From Octopus bimaculoides (taxonomy: Eukaryota), in contig NC_069001.1 in assembly GCF_001194135.2 (NCBI RefSeq), forward strand, positions 21,709,297 through 21,744,897: 35,601 nucleotides of DNA, given 5' to 3'. Below the pieces are notes generated by a model, which did not search any database, had not been told where the DNA came from, and was given only the letters and a program-made list of their open reading frames with translations. The position numbers were made by a program, and so were the translations under genes. Shown in pieces: positions 22,644 through 34,466 of this stretch (positions are counted from its first letter, which is position 1; each line of letters opens with the position of its first letter).

Positions 22644-23015
22644 CACTTAAGTGGCAATATACTACACTTTATCGTGCAGTTACTGTTAATACTTCATTTA
22701 GAGAATTAACATTGCTTGTTTTCACCTTTTCAATATCAGTGAAGAATGCCACTGGAAAAGAAGATATAAGATTTGCCAGGTTTTTCTCTCTCACCAAGGT
22801 CATCAGCTGTCGAACGCCGACGAAGGGAAATAACCCTGAAATCCGGATACGTTCGTGCTGCTGGCCGTGGTGAGAGGGATAACTCCCTTGGCAAACAGGA
22901 CACAGTCGTGTGTCGATAAGCCAGCTGGAGGAGATGTCCTCCTGGGGCTAAAAGCAACAGTAACATCCACCCCTAGGGGTCAGCCACACTTAAGTGGCAA
23001 TATACTACACTTTAT
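22644..23015 (+). mobile_element. Hammerhead-bearing repeat unit (Penelope pLTR- or retrozyme-like) bounded by 29-bp direct repeats
   Basis: CACTTAAGTGGCAATATACTACACTTTAT occurs at 22644 and 22987. There is an internal long hairpin with a hammerhead and a homologous piece at 2125-2222. Confidence 0.65.
22811..22855 (+). ncRNA. Minimal type-I hammerhead ribozyme motif (U4C variant)
   Basis: CGAACG-CCGACGA-AGGG-AAATAA-CCCT-GAAA-T-CCGG-A-TA^CGTTCG. Stem I is a perfect 6 bp, stem II is 4 bp, and stem III is the palindrome TCCGGA. Confidence 0.8.
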
Positions 23016-24618
23016 ATATATATACATATACATATATATATACATATATTTATTTATTTATTTATTTATTGATATATATTATATATACACACATATTTAT
23101 TACAAATAGTAAGGAAAGTTTGAAAATCCATTAAATTTTACTTCTTGAATCAGTAGTTGCATATCTAAGGGCATATATATCAATATTCATGAGATCGACT
23201 TCAGATGAAGTAATTGTAAACTGGATGCAATGAAAGGACTTCCTCACTTCATTGTTCTTGTTTATAGTTAAAATTATATATATGTGTGTGTGTACGCGTG
23301 TATGTGTGTGTGTGCGTATGTTTGTGTGCGTATGTGTGTGTATTTGTATATGTTTGTGTGAGTGTGTGTTTTGATATGTATGCATATATTAAACGAAAAT
23401 GAGATGATATATTATTTAATGTGCCATATGTCATGCATTGCAACAATAAAAACGAATATAGATATATTACTAAATACCATACATCTCCATAGAATGTAAA
23501 TATTTATTTATTAACAATTTATAAATTCCCTAGAATATATAGAATTATTTGCATGCAAGTTACTCAGAACGAGATCCATTGTGAACGAGAGAATCTGAAA
23601 TATCAAATGTTCCCGTCTCTCTAAGACAAAATCTTTCTACTTATTTGGAAACCAACGAAGAGATACATACACGTTTTCATGTTACAAGAGGCGTCAGCAA
23701 ACAATCATTGCCCTACTTTAATCCGACTGGTGAAGCCCTCACCTTATGAAAAAGAAAAATGCATTTATGGAAAGATATAAAAATAAACTAGCCATTCTGA
23801 GTTGTGTTAGTTAGTTTGTTTATGTGCAATTTCTGCATATAACAGACGTTATGTATATACGTTTTGTAGATACATATCTGTTGTTAGTGATGGTGATGTT
23901 GCTTATGGTGATCTTCATGTTGATGATGATGATGGTGGCACTGGTGACAAGGATGACCATAAGTATGATGATAATAAATGTAGTGCTAATATGTTAATGA
24001 TAATGATAGAGAGAAGAAACGAAAGCAAAATAAGTAAAGAAAATTGCAATGGGCCTAAGTTGTGTGAATTTTTTTTATGACAGCCTTTTTGAAAAAATTA
24101 GAGACAAAAACTATAAAAAGCCAAACCAAAACAATACAAAGCAAAACAGAGAGGAATAATAATATTCACAAATAAATAGAAACGTTGAATAAACTTAATT
24201 TTTTTTGCTATCGTAATAGAAAATTGTAGTTATTATTTTAATAAATTTATATCATGTAGAAAAGTGAATTAAGTCCTTTTTCATGTCAAACGCTATCAAT
24301 CTGTCAAAATATAATAAATTTATATTTGGCAATCTAAAAATTTTGCAATTATATACAAAGCAATAATATTATCAATAGAAAAGGTATGGGTTTGCATACA
24401 TGTAAATAGGAAACATGAACGAACATTAATATAAATTGATCAACAAACTTTAGAAGAAAATGTGGCCAGGAAATAAAAGCAGAGAATAATATAATTAAGT
24501 GGTACACAGAGATACACATATACAATCATACATTAGAACAGACAAACTCATACCTGTGTGTGTATACATGAGTTGGTGTGCGTGTAGGTCTGTGTATATG
24601 TGCCTGTGTGGGCTTATG

Positions 24619-24676
<58 letters not shown>

Positions 24677-25429
24677 CCTTACTCCATTTCACCTTGTGCA
24701 ACCCCACTAAATTTATTCGGTAGCTGCAAAACTCCTTCTGTTGTATTTGTGGTATAAATATACTTATTATTATTTTTTCTCCTGTTGTATACAGCCATAA
24801 GGCTTCGTGCTGTTATATATACATAATTCTTTGTCTGTTGTATTAATATAATGTCTTGTTTATTTCTGTCTCAGTATATATTCGCCAGTAGTTTAATAAC
24901 AGTACTAGGGCTTCTAAAATTGAGTGGTCTCAATGATAACGGCACGAAACCACTATGGTATTTTGGCTCATTGACTGACGAGGGAATCTCAGTTGCGAAT
25001 ATTCCGAGTATTGTTGTCTTTGTCTATATTATCTGTCCGTTAAATTTTCGTCTAGTTTCCCGTTTGCCCTGCTTTAGTCTAACTTCTTCTCCTTGCTGTG
25101 TTCTTCTGTATGTTCAACCCTTGATATATATATACAGGCTCACCTCGTTTTACGTAACTCCGGTCTAAGAATCCTCAACTTTACGGATTATAGATGAAAA
25201 ACGAAACGATTTGTTACCATAGCAACGGGCGACACTTCCAGTCTGGCAACACCTCTTACCTTGAGTGATCGCCTGCAACTGATTTTTGGTATTTGAAGTG
25301 TGTCAGTGCCTGCCCAGCTTCCATCATGCTAGCACGCATTATATCTTCCTTCATTCCATTCATCTATTTAAAAAAACAAATTTTACACATCTTTATTTTT
25401 TTGAATACCTTTGTGATGGCTTCAAAAAG

Positions 25430-27010
25430 AAGGAATTAGGAGATGCAAAGCAAGGATTAGAAGAAACGTAAAGCAATTACTTTAGAAATAAAATACGGGT
25501 TGATTAAACAACATGAAAAAGGTACAACTGTTAAAGTTTTATAAAAAAGATTTCATATAGCTCCTTCATTTGTTTGTATCATCTTTAAGCAAAAGGAAGA
25601 TTATTGAAATAAAGTTAAATGAAGTCACTCTCTAAATTCAACTTGGTTACGTAGGAAAGATAATGAAAGTTTAATTTCATGCACAAAATGCTTTTGACAG
25701 CTTGGATTAACGCTCAAATTCATATGCCATCTAGTTAGGCTAAAATTTGCGGCAAATTCGTTTTTTAACTCGCTTAAGGATAAATCAGATAGAGCAAATG
25801 AAACATTTGTAGCGAGCAATGTTGGTTTGATCATTTCAAAAAATGTGCAATCTACACAATGTGAAGATCCAAGGAGAATCGTCTAGCGCTGATCAAAAAC
25901 CTGCAGAACCTTATCCTTACCAATTAGAAGTTTGCTCGAAGAAGACGGCGTTATACCGTCTCAAATAATTAATGTGGATGAGACGGGCTCATTTTGGAAG
26001 CAAATGCCTTCAAGGACTTTTATTGCGAAAGAAGAATCTTCAATGCTAAGATTCAAAGCTGTAAAAGATAGGATAACATTTCTGGGAAGAAATTGTGAAG
26101 GAGACTTCAAACGAAGCCCATGCTTATGTATCAATCTGAAAACCCCCGTGCTTTAAAATAATTGATAAGACGAAACTTCCTCTAATCTGGAAACATAACA
26201 AAAAAGCTTGGGTGACCGGAACTCTATTTGAGGTTTCGTTTCCTAATCACTTTTTTTCCCCGAAGTAGTAAATTCCTTTCAAGATTCTTTTGATAATGGA
26301 TAATGCCCCCCCCCCCATTAATGCTGCATTTTTAAAGCACCACCATCAAAATATTAATGTTGCATTTTTACCTCCTAAAGCAACATCTTTATTACAGACT
26401 ATGGATCAAAAAGCAATTTCATCGTTTAAATCTTACTGTCTTCGTTTCACCTTTCAAAGTCTCACCGAGGTGACTGATAAAGAAAATAGTCCTTCGATTC
26501 AAGAATTTTGGAAGAGTTTCAACATCCTTAATGCAATAAAATTGATAAAGAAAGCACGGGATAAAATCGCCGTAAAGAACATGAAAGGAATTTGGGAAAA
26601 TCTCTGCCTTAAATGAACTGACAGTTTTGAAGGATTTGATAATCTTCATGAAGGTCTTCAAAAAGAAACTGACACGTTCATAAACATTGCAAAGGAACTG
26701 AACCTTGAAATTCCACCTGAAGATGTTAAAGAAGTTCTTTATGCTGACGATGATGAAATCACAAGAAGAAGAAGAAGAAGAAGAAGAAGAAGAAGAAGAA
26801 GAAGAAGAAGAAGAAGAAGAAGAAGAAGAAGAAGAAGAAGAAGAAGAAGAAGAAGAAGAATCGCCTGAAAGATTCTTCTCTGCAAAAAAAATATTGAAAT
26901 ATTTGAGCAACAAGATACCGATTTTGAAAAAAGCTCAGCAGTTGCTGCAAATTTAATGAGCGGTCATACTTGTTATCGTGAAATCTACCGTAAAATGAAG
27001 AAATCTTATC
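25430..27010 (+). pseudogene. Tigger/pogo (CENP-B-like HTH plus DDD) transposase, frameshifted
   Basis: 'KRKAITLEIK', 'QIINVDETGSFWKQMPSRTFIAKEE', 'IMDNAP', 'FLPPKATSLLQTMDQKAISSFK'. Confidence 0.9.
26763..26860. repeat. (GAA)n microsatellite inside the Tigger acidic C-terminal region
   Basis: Direct inspection. Confidence 0.97.
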
Positions 27011-27700
27011 AATTTTTTAACGAAGAAAACTAATGCGGACCAAACAACAAAACAGTAAGAAACTCAACAAATGGAATTGACATGCGCTCAAGAGGTCCCA
27101 ATGACGGCAGACCCGATGGATACGAATTAAATTTCATGAGTTGAATTTTCTACATGTTTTACATGTTTTTCTATTCTGTCGTTCTGTAGTTTGTGATTTA
27201 ATAAAAAATCGTACTCCTGAATATTGCTATTTCTATCTTAGCCTTTTTCAATTTTAGAAAGTTTAAGAATTAACCTCTTTAGTGGGAACCGATTAAATAT
27301 ATATTCATTGTTTTCTATGGACGACAATACCCCACTATACGAATTTTTCACTTTATGAATCTAGTCAGGAAGGAACTAATTCGTAAACATGGGGTCTACC
27401 TGTATTTTTATATATATATGAAAGTCTACGAATTTATAAATTTCTATGCAAAATCTAGACATATTAACATACGAAATTTATCTCTAGTATCAGACTGGCA
27501 CCATCGAGTCACTGAGAAACAAAAAATTTCCGAATAGAAAGAAGTTTGGAGAAGTTTCTTGGTATATTTAACCCGCAGGGGAACTTCTCATGTACGGGAG
27601 GCTAGGGAAATTGTAAATATTTAAAATAGAGATTTTGACATGTGCCTATTACTAAGAAAGGAAAACACTTGTTAGACGTTATCATAAATTAACTCCAATA

Positions 27701-27910
27701 TACTTTTCTACTCTAGGAACAAGGCCCGAAATTATTGAGGAGGGTCCAGTCGATTAGATCAGCCCCAGTACTCAACTGGTACTTAATTTATCGAACCCAA
27801 AAGGATGAAACGCAAAATCAACCTCGGTGGAATTTGAACTCAGAACGTAAAAACAGACGATATACCGCTAAGCATTTCGACCGGAGTGCTAACGCTTCTG
27901 CCAGCTAGCC
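27701..27910 (-). mobile_element. tRNA-derived SINE family A, near full length
   Basis: Minus strand: head GGCTAGCTGGCAGAAGCGTTAGC, B box GAGTTCAAATTCC, body and tail ...TTTCGGGCCTTGTTCCTAGAGTAGAAAAG. Confidence 0.88.
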
Positions 27911-27944
27911 TCTATGTAGTAACTCTAATATTAACAATATTTTA

Positions 27945-28035
27945 GGTGGTGAGCTTACAGTGTCATTTACATGCCGGGCAAAATGCTTAGCCCCCCTACC
28001 TTCAAAATTGACAGCCTTGTGCCAACATTTTAACT
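27945..28035 (+). mobile_element. SINE family A, internally deleted copy (head joined to tail)
   Basis: GGTGAGCTTACAG...ATGCCGGGCAAAATGCTTAGC joins to CCTTCAAAATTGACAGCCTTGTGCCAACATTT, which resembles the reverse complement of the tail at 2582-2615. Confidence 0.6.
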
Positions 28036-28057
28036 AATGTTAATAAATGGTATGAGG

Positions 28058-28110
<53 letters not shown>

Positions 28111-28516
28111 CCTATACACACACACACATATAAAGTCCTACATTTATAAAATAAATACAAGTACACCGACACCTATAGAGGTGTAAATCTCGTTATTATA
28201 GTTCTCCTGTACCTTCGAAATTAAAATACGTAGGTCTTTTCTTCCTTGCATGAAAATTTCTCCCTCACCTTCTCTTTTTTATTCCTGGTACATAGACCAA
28301 TTGCTTCGAAGCAAATCGAACGAACAGGAAGAGAATATTAATAAATTATTATCTCTACCTGTTGTCAAATTTAATATTATATTAAATTATCTATATAATG
28401 TCGATAAGGTATTCCTTCTGAAATTTCTTACAGAGCAAAACACAGACATTCGCCTCCAGTTTTGTACAGTATTTGCTCAGTTTAAAGCATTTATAAATAT
28501 ATCAGTTACTTATATA

Positions 28517-28552
<36 letters not shown>

Positions 28553-29615
28553 TATATGTACACTTCTTAGGTTCACCCTTCCTATCTCTGAAGATGACCA
28601 GGTTTGTAGGGCCTGAGGTGGTATATGAATCCAAGTTTGCATAATATCCCCGTTTAAAATAGGGACATGTAATAGCCGAGTCAAGACCCAGTGGCGATCT
28701 TGATTTTCATGCAGTCCTTCTTTCTTCAGCTTCTCTGGTCAGATCTGATTCAGAGTGCTGTCTTCCGGAGTACACAGTGCTTCGTAGCTGTCAGTAATCC
28801 TGTACAAAATGTACCCAAATAACCTACTGTAAGTAACACATTTTCTAAGAGGAAAACCTCTTTGAAAACGTGCTACTTTTTCTATCTTTTTTTTTATCTG
28901 TCACGTGACCGAGAGCCAACCCTAGTTTACCAGACAGGATATGTTAGGGAGTCTGGAGTCGAGCTTATGTAGTACATGCCCACTCCAATGTGGCTGAAAT
29001 TTGCTTAAGAAAACAAAAATATATACTAGACACACACACATATAAATATATCTGTATGTATCAATCTATATCTACACACACACACATGCACTCCCCACAC
29101 ACATATATAAAATATATATAATCCTCTTGATGCACATGAAAATCTATCAATAAATTTTAATTTGCTAGTTTGCATTCGAATTTGATACTACTTTCGGTCT
29201 TTCAAATTGCTATCAGTTTCTAAATATTGTTAACTTTCCAGACATAATTCAAAATTTTAATATTGTTTACTGAGAATAAATATGAATTCGACATATCTAA
29301 GCTTGTTTATTTACATTTTTCTTATTTCTTTTATATATTTCTTTTGTCAATACATTTGTAAGTATTAGAATATAAATTGAAAATTTTTTATCGTTGTTTT
29401 TCATGGTCTACTTTCTTCTCGAACATTTTTCTAGTTACTCGTTTACTTCCTCATTTCTTCTTGAAGTACTCCACATTTTAATGGTATTCGTACATGCTAT
29501 TTTAAGCACTTTCACCTATTTCTTGATAACGTTGATGATGATCTCCATTCTTAATTGCTTTCTCACAACATTCTACTCCATTAATCTTATTTTTGCCTTG
29601 TTCATTATATAGTCG

Positions 29616-29713
29616 TCTTCTTCTTCTTCTTCTTCTTCTTCTTCTTCTTCTTCTTCTTCTTCTTCTTCTTCTTCTTCTTCTTCTTCTTCTTCTTCTTCTT
29701 CTTCTTCTTCTTC
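29616..29713. repeat. (TTC)n microsatellite
   Basis: Direct inspection. Confidence 0.98.
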
Positions 29714-30269
29714 AGATCAAACAACGGTTTCAAAATTTTAATGAATAATTTGAGGAGTTATCTCCATATTTGAGACCATAACTCTATGGCACTAATACAA
29801 ATCGAAACCAAAAAATTCTCCAACTGTTCCCCTACTAGACTTTATAAGTCATACCGTTTATGTCTATTACCTTAAAGGAGTGGCAAATTTTAGTGCGAGC
29901 TATGCTGCTGTCAGAAATTTTATCCATTTTTTTCACTTCTCTCAGGGACACTTCAAATGTTATTGCTGCTCGGCTTTATCGCCTGAAAAAACAAACAGTG
30001 TTATATTTACAGCATTATCACTCATTTGTTTCAGTCTAAGGCAGCACGCCAGATATATAATTACCTCTCTAACATAACTAATTTATAAAACTTATGTCAG
30101 TAAACTGGATGAATTTTCATCTTTTGTTTTCTTCAATATATTTTAACTCATATTGATACATATTTAGTACAGTCAGGAACGATCAATGTATTATTTTTGT
30201 ATCTATCTGGTATTTGTGACACGCATACGTTCGTAAATATTTATGTTTCTTTACACATAACCATTAACG

Positions 30270-30337
<68 letters not shown>

Positions 30338-30914
30338 TATGCATACGTACACATAAAGACACAGACAACACATTTATTATTTTGTATTAATATAATACAT
30401 CTTTATCTATTTCATATTCCTGGTTTTACTCATTCTTCTCTCTTCATTTATTCTCTTCAAATTGTTTTCAGTCCCCTATCGTTTATATTTGTATGAAATC
30501 AGAATTTACTTGCGATGATCTTTGGTAAATATTTCCCTTACACCCTTATACTCATTCAATATTTTGATTTTCCCTTTCACTATTACTGTATTATGTACGA
30601 CTTCTCTATTTATTATTGTATCAATCTTCTATTTTCTCTTTTGTTGACTCAATTACAAACATACTATTTTATTTTCTCATTTGAATAAAAACTACTTATA
30701 AAATGTAACGTCACCGAATTGAGGCTATTAAGACGAGGATGGTGATGCTGATAATTTTTGTGGTGTTGAAGATGTTGTTTTCGTTAAACGGGTTGATGAT
30801 GATAAAGAAAATGATGATGATCATTATGATGTTAATGTGTTGGTGAAAGAAAAATAGAAACAATAATAAAAACAATATATTTTTGTTATATTAATAATGG
30901 TTTCTAATTTAGGC

Positions 30915-31090
30915 ATAATGCCAGTAGTTTGAGGGCAAGAGTTTAGATGATATCGTCAACATCAGTACTTGACTGGTACACTATTTTATCGACCCAAAAG
31001 TATGAAACATAAACACGACCTCGGTGGGATTTGGATGTAGAGAGACCTGGAAGCAATATCCACAAAGTGTTTTTTCCGCCAGCTCGCAGA
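30915..31090 (-). mobile_element. SINE family A, old degenerate copy
   Basis: CAGTACTTGACTGGTACACTATTTTATCGACCCAAAAGTATGAAA..GACCTCGGTGGGATTTG..CCGCCAGCTCGC. Confidence 0.7.
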
Positions 31091-31501
31091 TTTGTTTTCT
31101 GCACTTCTAATAAGGTATACCATCTGATGTCAAGAAAATATCTTGCTTGTCCTGTACCATCAAACATAACACAGGGAAATGGGACAGGCTAAGAAAATTA
31201 AATTCACAGCTGTGGCTGAGGGGACAGACGTATTTTACTATTGTTTTTATGCCAAAAGATCGGAGTGTTCTTATCTAAAACTAATAAAACTCTGCAGTGA
31301 ATCAGAATCCATCCAGCATTTGCAAAACATATGGATGATAGGAAGTAGCAAATTGGCCATAGCAACCCAAATTTACGGAAGAGCGTACGAGTTCCCTATC
31401 AGAGGAGAAAAGGGATAACAAACCGACAGAAAACAAACCAATGAAGCCACTTCAATAGGGTTAAATAACATAATCGGAATAATATTAATATTTTTAGCAA
31501 T

Positions 31502-31517
31502 AACAACAACAACAACA

Positions 31518-31548
<31 letters not shown>

Positions 31549-31582
31549 TGATGATGATGATGATGATGATGATGATAATGAT
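31502..31582. repeat. Compound (AAC)(GAC)(GAT) microsatellite
   Basis: Direct inspection. Confidence 0.95.
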
Positions 31583-31988
31583 GTGTAGCAAATGTCAGAC
31601 CTTCTGCCTATTGTAGAAAATGTTATTAACTTGTCGAACGTGTCCTCTTCAAAAGAATTTATCGCAACATACTGATTTAAATATAGGAAGTGTATAAGAA
31701 GACATTCTTTATATATATACACAATTTTTAGTCATTGACTCCACACAGAAGTTTGGAGATTCACATCCCTTTGTTTACAATCCAACCTTTGTTTATCACA
31801 CTCCCTTTCTTCAGAACATGACTATACGTACATATATACATACATACCAAGTATGGAGGTTTAGTTAACAGGTGATCTAAACGATTAGGTACGCAGCGGA
31901 TATATAATTGCTAAACAGGACGTGAAGCATTAAGGCAAGGCAAACATCTCAAGTGGTATACAATATTATTACAGGAAGAAATTCAAAA

Positions 31989-32042
31989 TCTTACGGCTGT
32001 TTCTGGGATATCCTCGGGTATGGGATATTCCGTCATCAGAGA
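31989..32042 (-). ncRNA. Minimal type-I hammerhead ribozyme motif with intact catalytic core (second family)
   Basis: Minus strand: TCT-CTGATGA-CGGAATATCC-CATACCCGA-GGATATCCCA-GAAA-C-AGCC-G-TA^AGA. Stem II pairs 8/10 and stem I is 3 bp. Confidence 0.75.
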
Positions 32043-32119
32043 AAAATTAGGGAAAATATATGGAAAATGAGAATGGTATATATCAATAAGATGATAACAG
32101 AGGATGTCATTGAAAGTTG

Positions 32120-32186
<67 letters not shown>

Positions 32187-32201
32187 TAATAATAATAATA
32201 A

Positions 32202-32547
32202 GCAGATGACAACGTTTCTCTAAAAGAAATGGAAAAACTTTCAAAATACAAAGACCTGGAAATAGAGATAACTCGAATGTGGAATCTAAAAACAGAAACA
32301 ATTCCTATCATAGTAGGTGCCTTAGGTATAATAAAAAAATATTCAGACAAATACATAACAAAAATAGCAGGACTTACAAATATATATAACATACAGAAAA
32401 TTGCACTAGTGGGTACTGCACACATTCTACGTAAAACACTTTCAATACAGTAAACATAAGAGCACCACAGCAAACCACAGCACATACCCAAGGCGCACAG
32501 AGCTGCGCTCGGTAGTGAAGTGAAAGCACGTTATAAAAATAAAACTA

Positions 32548-32588
<41 letters not shown>
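32202..32588 (+). mobile_element. R4/Dong 5'-truncated copy (third subfamily) inside a (TAA)n tract
   Basis: 'EMEKLSKYKDLEIEITRMWNLKTETIPIIVGALG...IQKIALVGTAHILRKTLSIQ*'. TAA tracts lie at ~32119-32201 and 32550-32588. Confidence 0.92.
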
Positions 32589-32589
32589 G

Positions 32590-33330
32590 GTTAATTAGTA
32601 AACCTGTACATATAGTTATGTCAAATGATACGATTACGATTAATAACCAAAATAACTAAATAGCTTTAGGCCCTACCACATCTATTTGGAATAGGTGTAA
32701 AAATAAGAATTATAGTTTGCATTGGAATATTTTGTGCATGATTTGACCTAAGTAATTTCAGCCAACAGTGCAACTACTGATCGTCCATCTAATACAAACA
32801 CTACAAGCTATCTAAATGGTTGAAACAGAACATGTTCTGCAAATAATCAACATATTGATGTACCTGATTTCAATCCTAATTCTGTTAATGATAGTCGAGC
32901 TGAACCCATTATTCCTAGCAATAATGAGACGAAATGTGATCTATGCAACTTCTGTAATAAAACAATGTGCCCGATTAATAACTTGTGTCTTCAGAAAACT
33001 ATAGTGCATAGGCACTCTATCACTGACCTTGGTAAAACGTGTTTCTACTGGTGCATCCTCTTTTTCTCATTCAAGCTTCGCTGTAATAATCACGAATCTA
33101 CATTTAGACATAAAGATAAGGCTAATACTGCATATCTAGGTAAATTTGGATAGCCTCTAATTAACAATAGCATTGAAATCAAATTGCTTAATCTATTGTT
33201 TGTTATGCACAGCCATATAGATGTGATAGTGGTTGGTGTGAGCCCTGTGTATTTGAGGCATTCTATATTAATCAAATTAAATCGAATATTATTAATCAAC
33301 CTAATGAATTAATTATAAGATGTACGTTAA
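32590..33330 (+). mobile_element. Penelope-like element C-terminal fragment (GIY-YIG endonuclease), degenerate
   Basis: 'CNFCNKTMCPINNLCLQKTIVHR', 'FKLRCNNHESTFRHKDKANTA' and 'YAQPYRCDSGWCE.CVFEAFYI..IINQPNEL' resemble the PLE GIY-YIG domain. Confidence 0.8.
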
Positions 33331-33829
33331 ATACGAATCGTCAATATACGCTAACTATACATAACTTTACCCTTAATTATTAAAGTTATACTAATAACGG
33401 AGAGCAATACAGTTGTATATTTCTCAAACCTATGATTAATTATATTTGTATAATGTATTAGACTATATTCAGACTTTCAGCTAACTATAAAAATACTTGT
33501 TACCCATTGATTTATAACATTCCATTATATAACCCCCGTAGTTTCTTCTATAACTATCTTTTACATATTATTGAAGTTGTTACACTCTGAAGACCGTCTT
33601 GTTGCTGTAATTCTACACCTCGAAATTTCTTTACAAACTTGATTGTCTCTATGCTATATTTATTTTATTTTTATTTTATACTTTTACTATAACTATTTTA
33701 CACTATTCATTAAAATTACTTTTATGACAATGTCGACAGATTCAATCTAATACAGAAGCATTATAGACTGGCTACATGTGTACGTATTACTGCGTATGTT
33801 TATGATTACCTATAATGTATACATGTCCA

Positions 33830-34050
33830 TCTATATATATAAAACTGAGAATGTGTATCTGCCTGTCTGTCGGACTGTCTGTTTTTCTGTATATGTGCAT
33901 CACTAAAGTTCGGAAATAATCCAACCGATTTCATTCAAATTTTACACATGCCTTATTTAGGGTCCATGCAGTGTCATGCACCAAAACACTTTCAACTTCT
34001 TGCCTAATGCGAGCCCGAAGCGATTTCTACACTTTTTCAGTATTACGTGT
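33830..34050 (+). mobile_element. Helitron-like non-autonomous element 5' end
   Basis: A|TCTATATATATAAAACTGAGAATGT followed by (CTGT)n and CCGATTTCATTCAAATTTTACACATG. No 3' CTAG/hairpin end is visible. Confidence 0.55.
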
Positions 34051-34466
34051 CAATATATGTGTAGATGTATATACATAAATTTATATATGCATGCATGTAC
34101 ATATGTGTGTTGTTTTCCATTTGTGTCTTTCGTTTTTCGAAAAAATAGTTCATAATACATGTACACCTACTTCGTATTAGTTGTTGTACATGTTTTGTTA
34201 CGTCCTGTGCCCACATATGCATATATACATATATATGTATATANNNNNNNNNNNNNNNNNNNNNNNNNNNNNNNNNNNNNNNNNNNNNNNNNNNNNNNNN
34301 NNNNNNNNNNNNNNNNNNNNNNNNNNNNNNNNNNNNNNNNNNNNNNNNNNNNNNNNNNNNNNNNNNNNNNNNNNNNNNNNNNNNNNNNNNNNNNNNNNNN
34401 NNNNNNNNNNNNNNNNNNNNNNNNNNNNNNNNNNNNNNNNNNNNNNNNNNNNNNNNNNNNNNNNNN

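Larger units (their letters stand above)
25135..27402 (+). mobile_element. Tigger/pogo DNA transposon, degenerate, with TA TSD
   Basis: TA|CAGGCTCACCTCGTTTTACG ... CGTAAACATGGGGTCTACCTG|TA, with a transposase inside. Confidence 0.9.

Noticed and set aside
22770-22806. Antisense CTGATGA...GAAA overlapping the hammerhead hairpin arm
   Set aside because: Stems II and III cannot form, and there is no valid cleavage triplet.
24925-24962. CAATGA...CGAAACCACTATGGTA with a plausible stem III
   Set aside because: The first core strand is broken and there is no stem II.
26744-26758. CTGACGA-TGAT-GAAA in Tigger
   Set aside because: There is no stem II, and it is coding sequence for ADDDE.
31773-31800. 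Tandem CCTTTGTTTA (SOX/FOX-like) motifs
   Set aside because: Short motifs like these are expected by chance in AT-rich DNA, and no gene is nearby.
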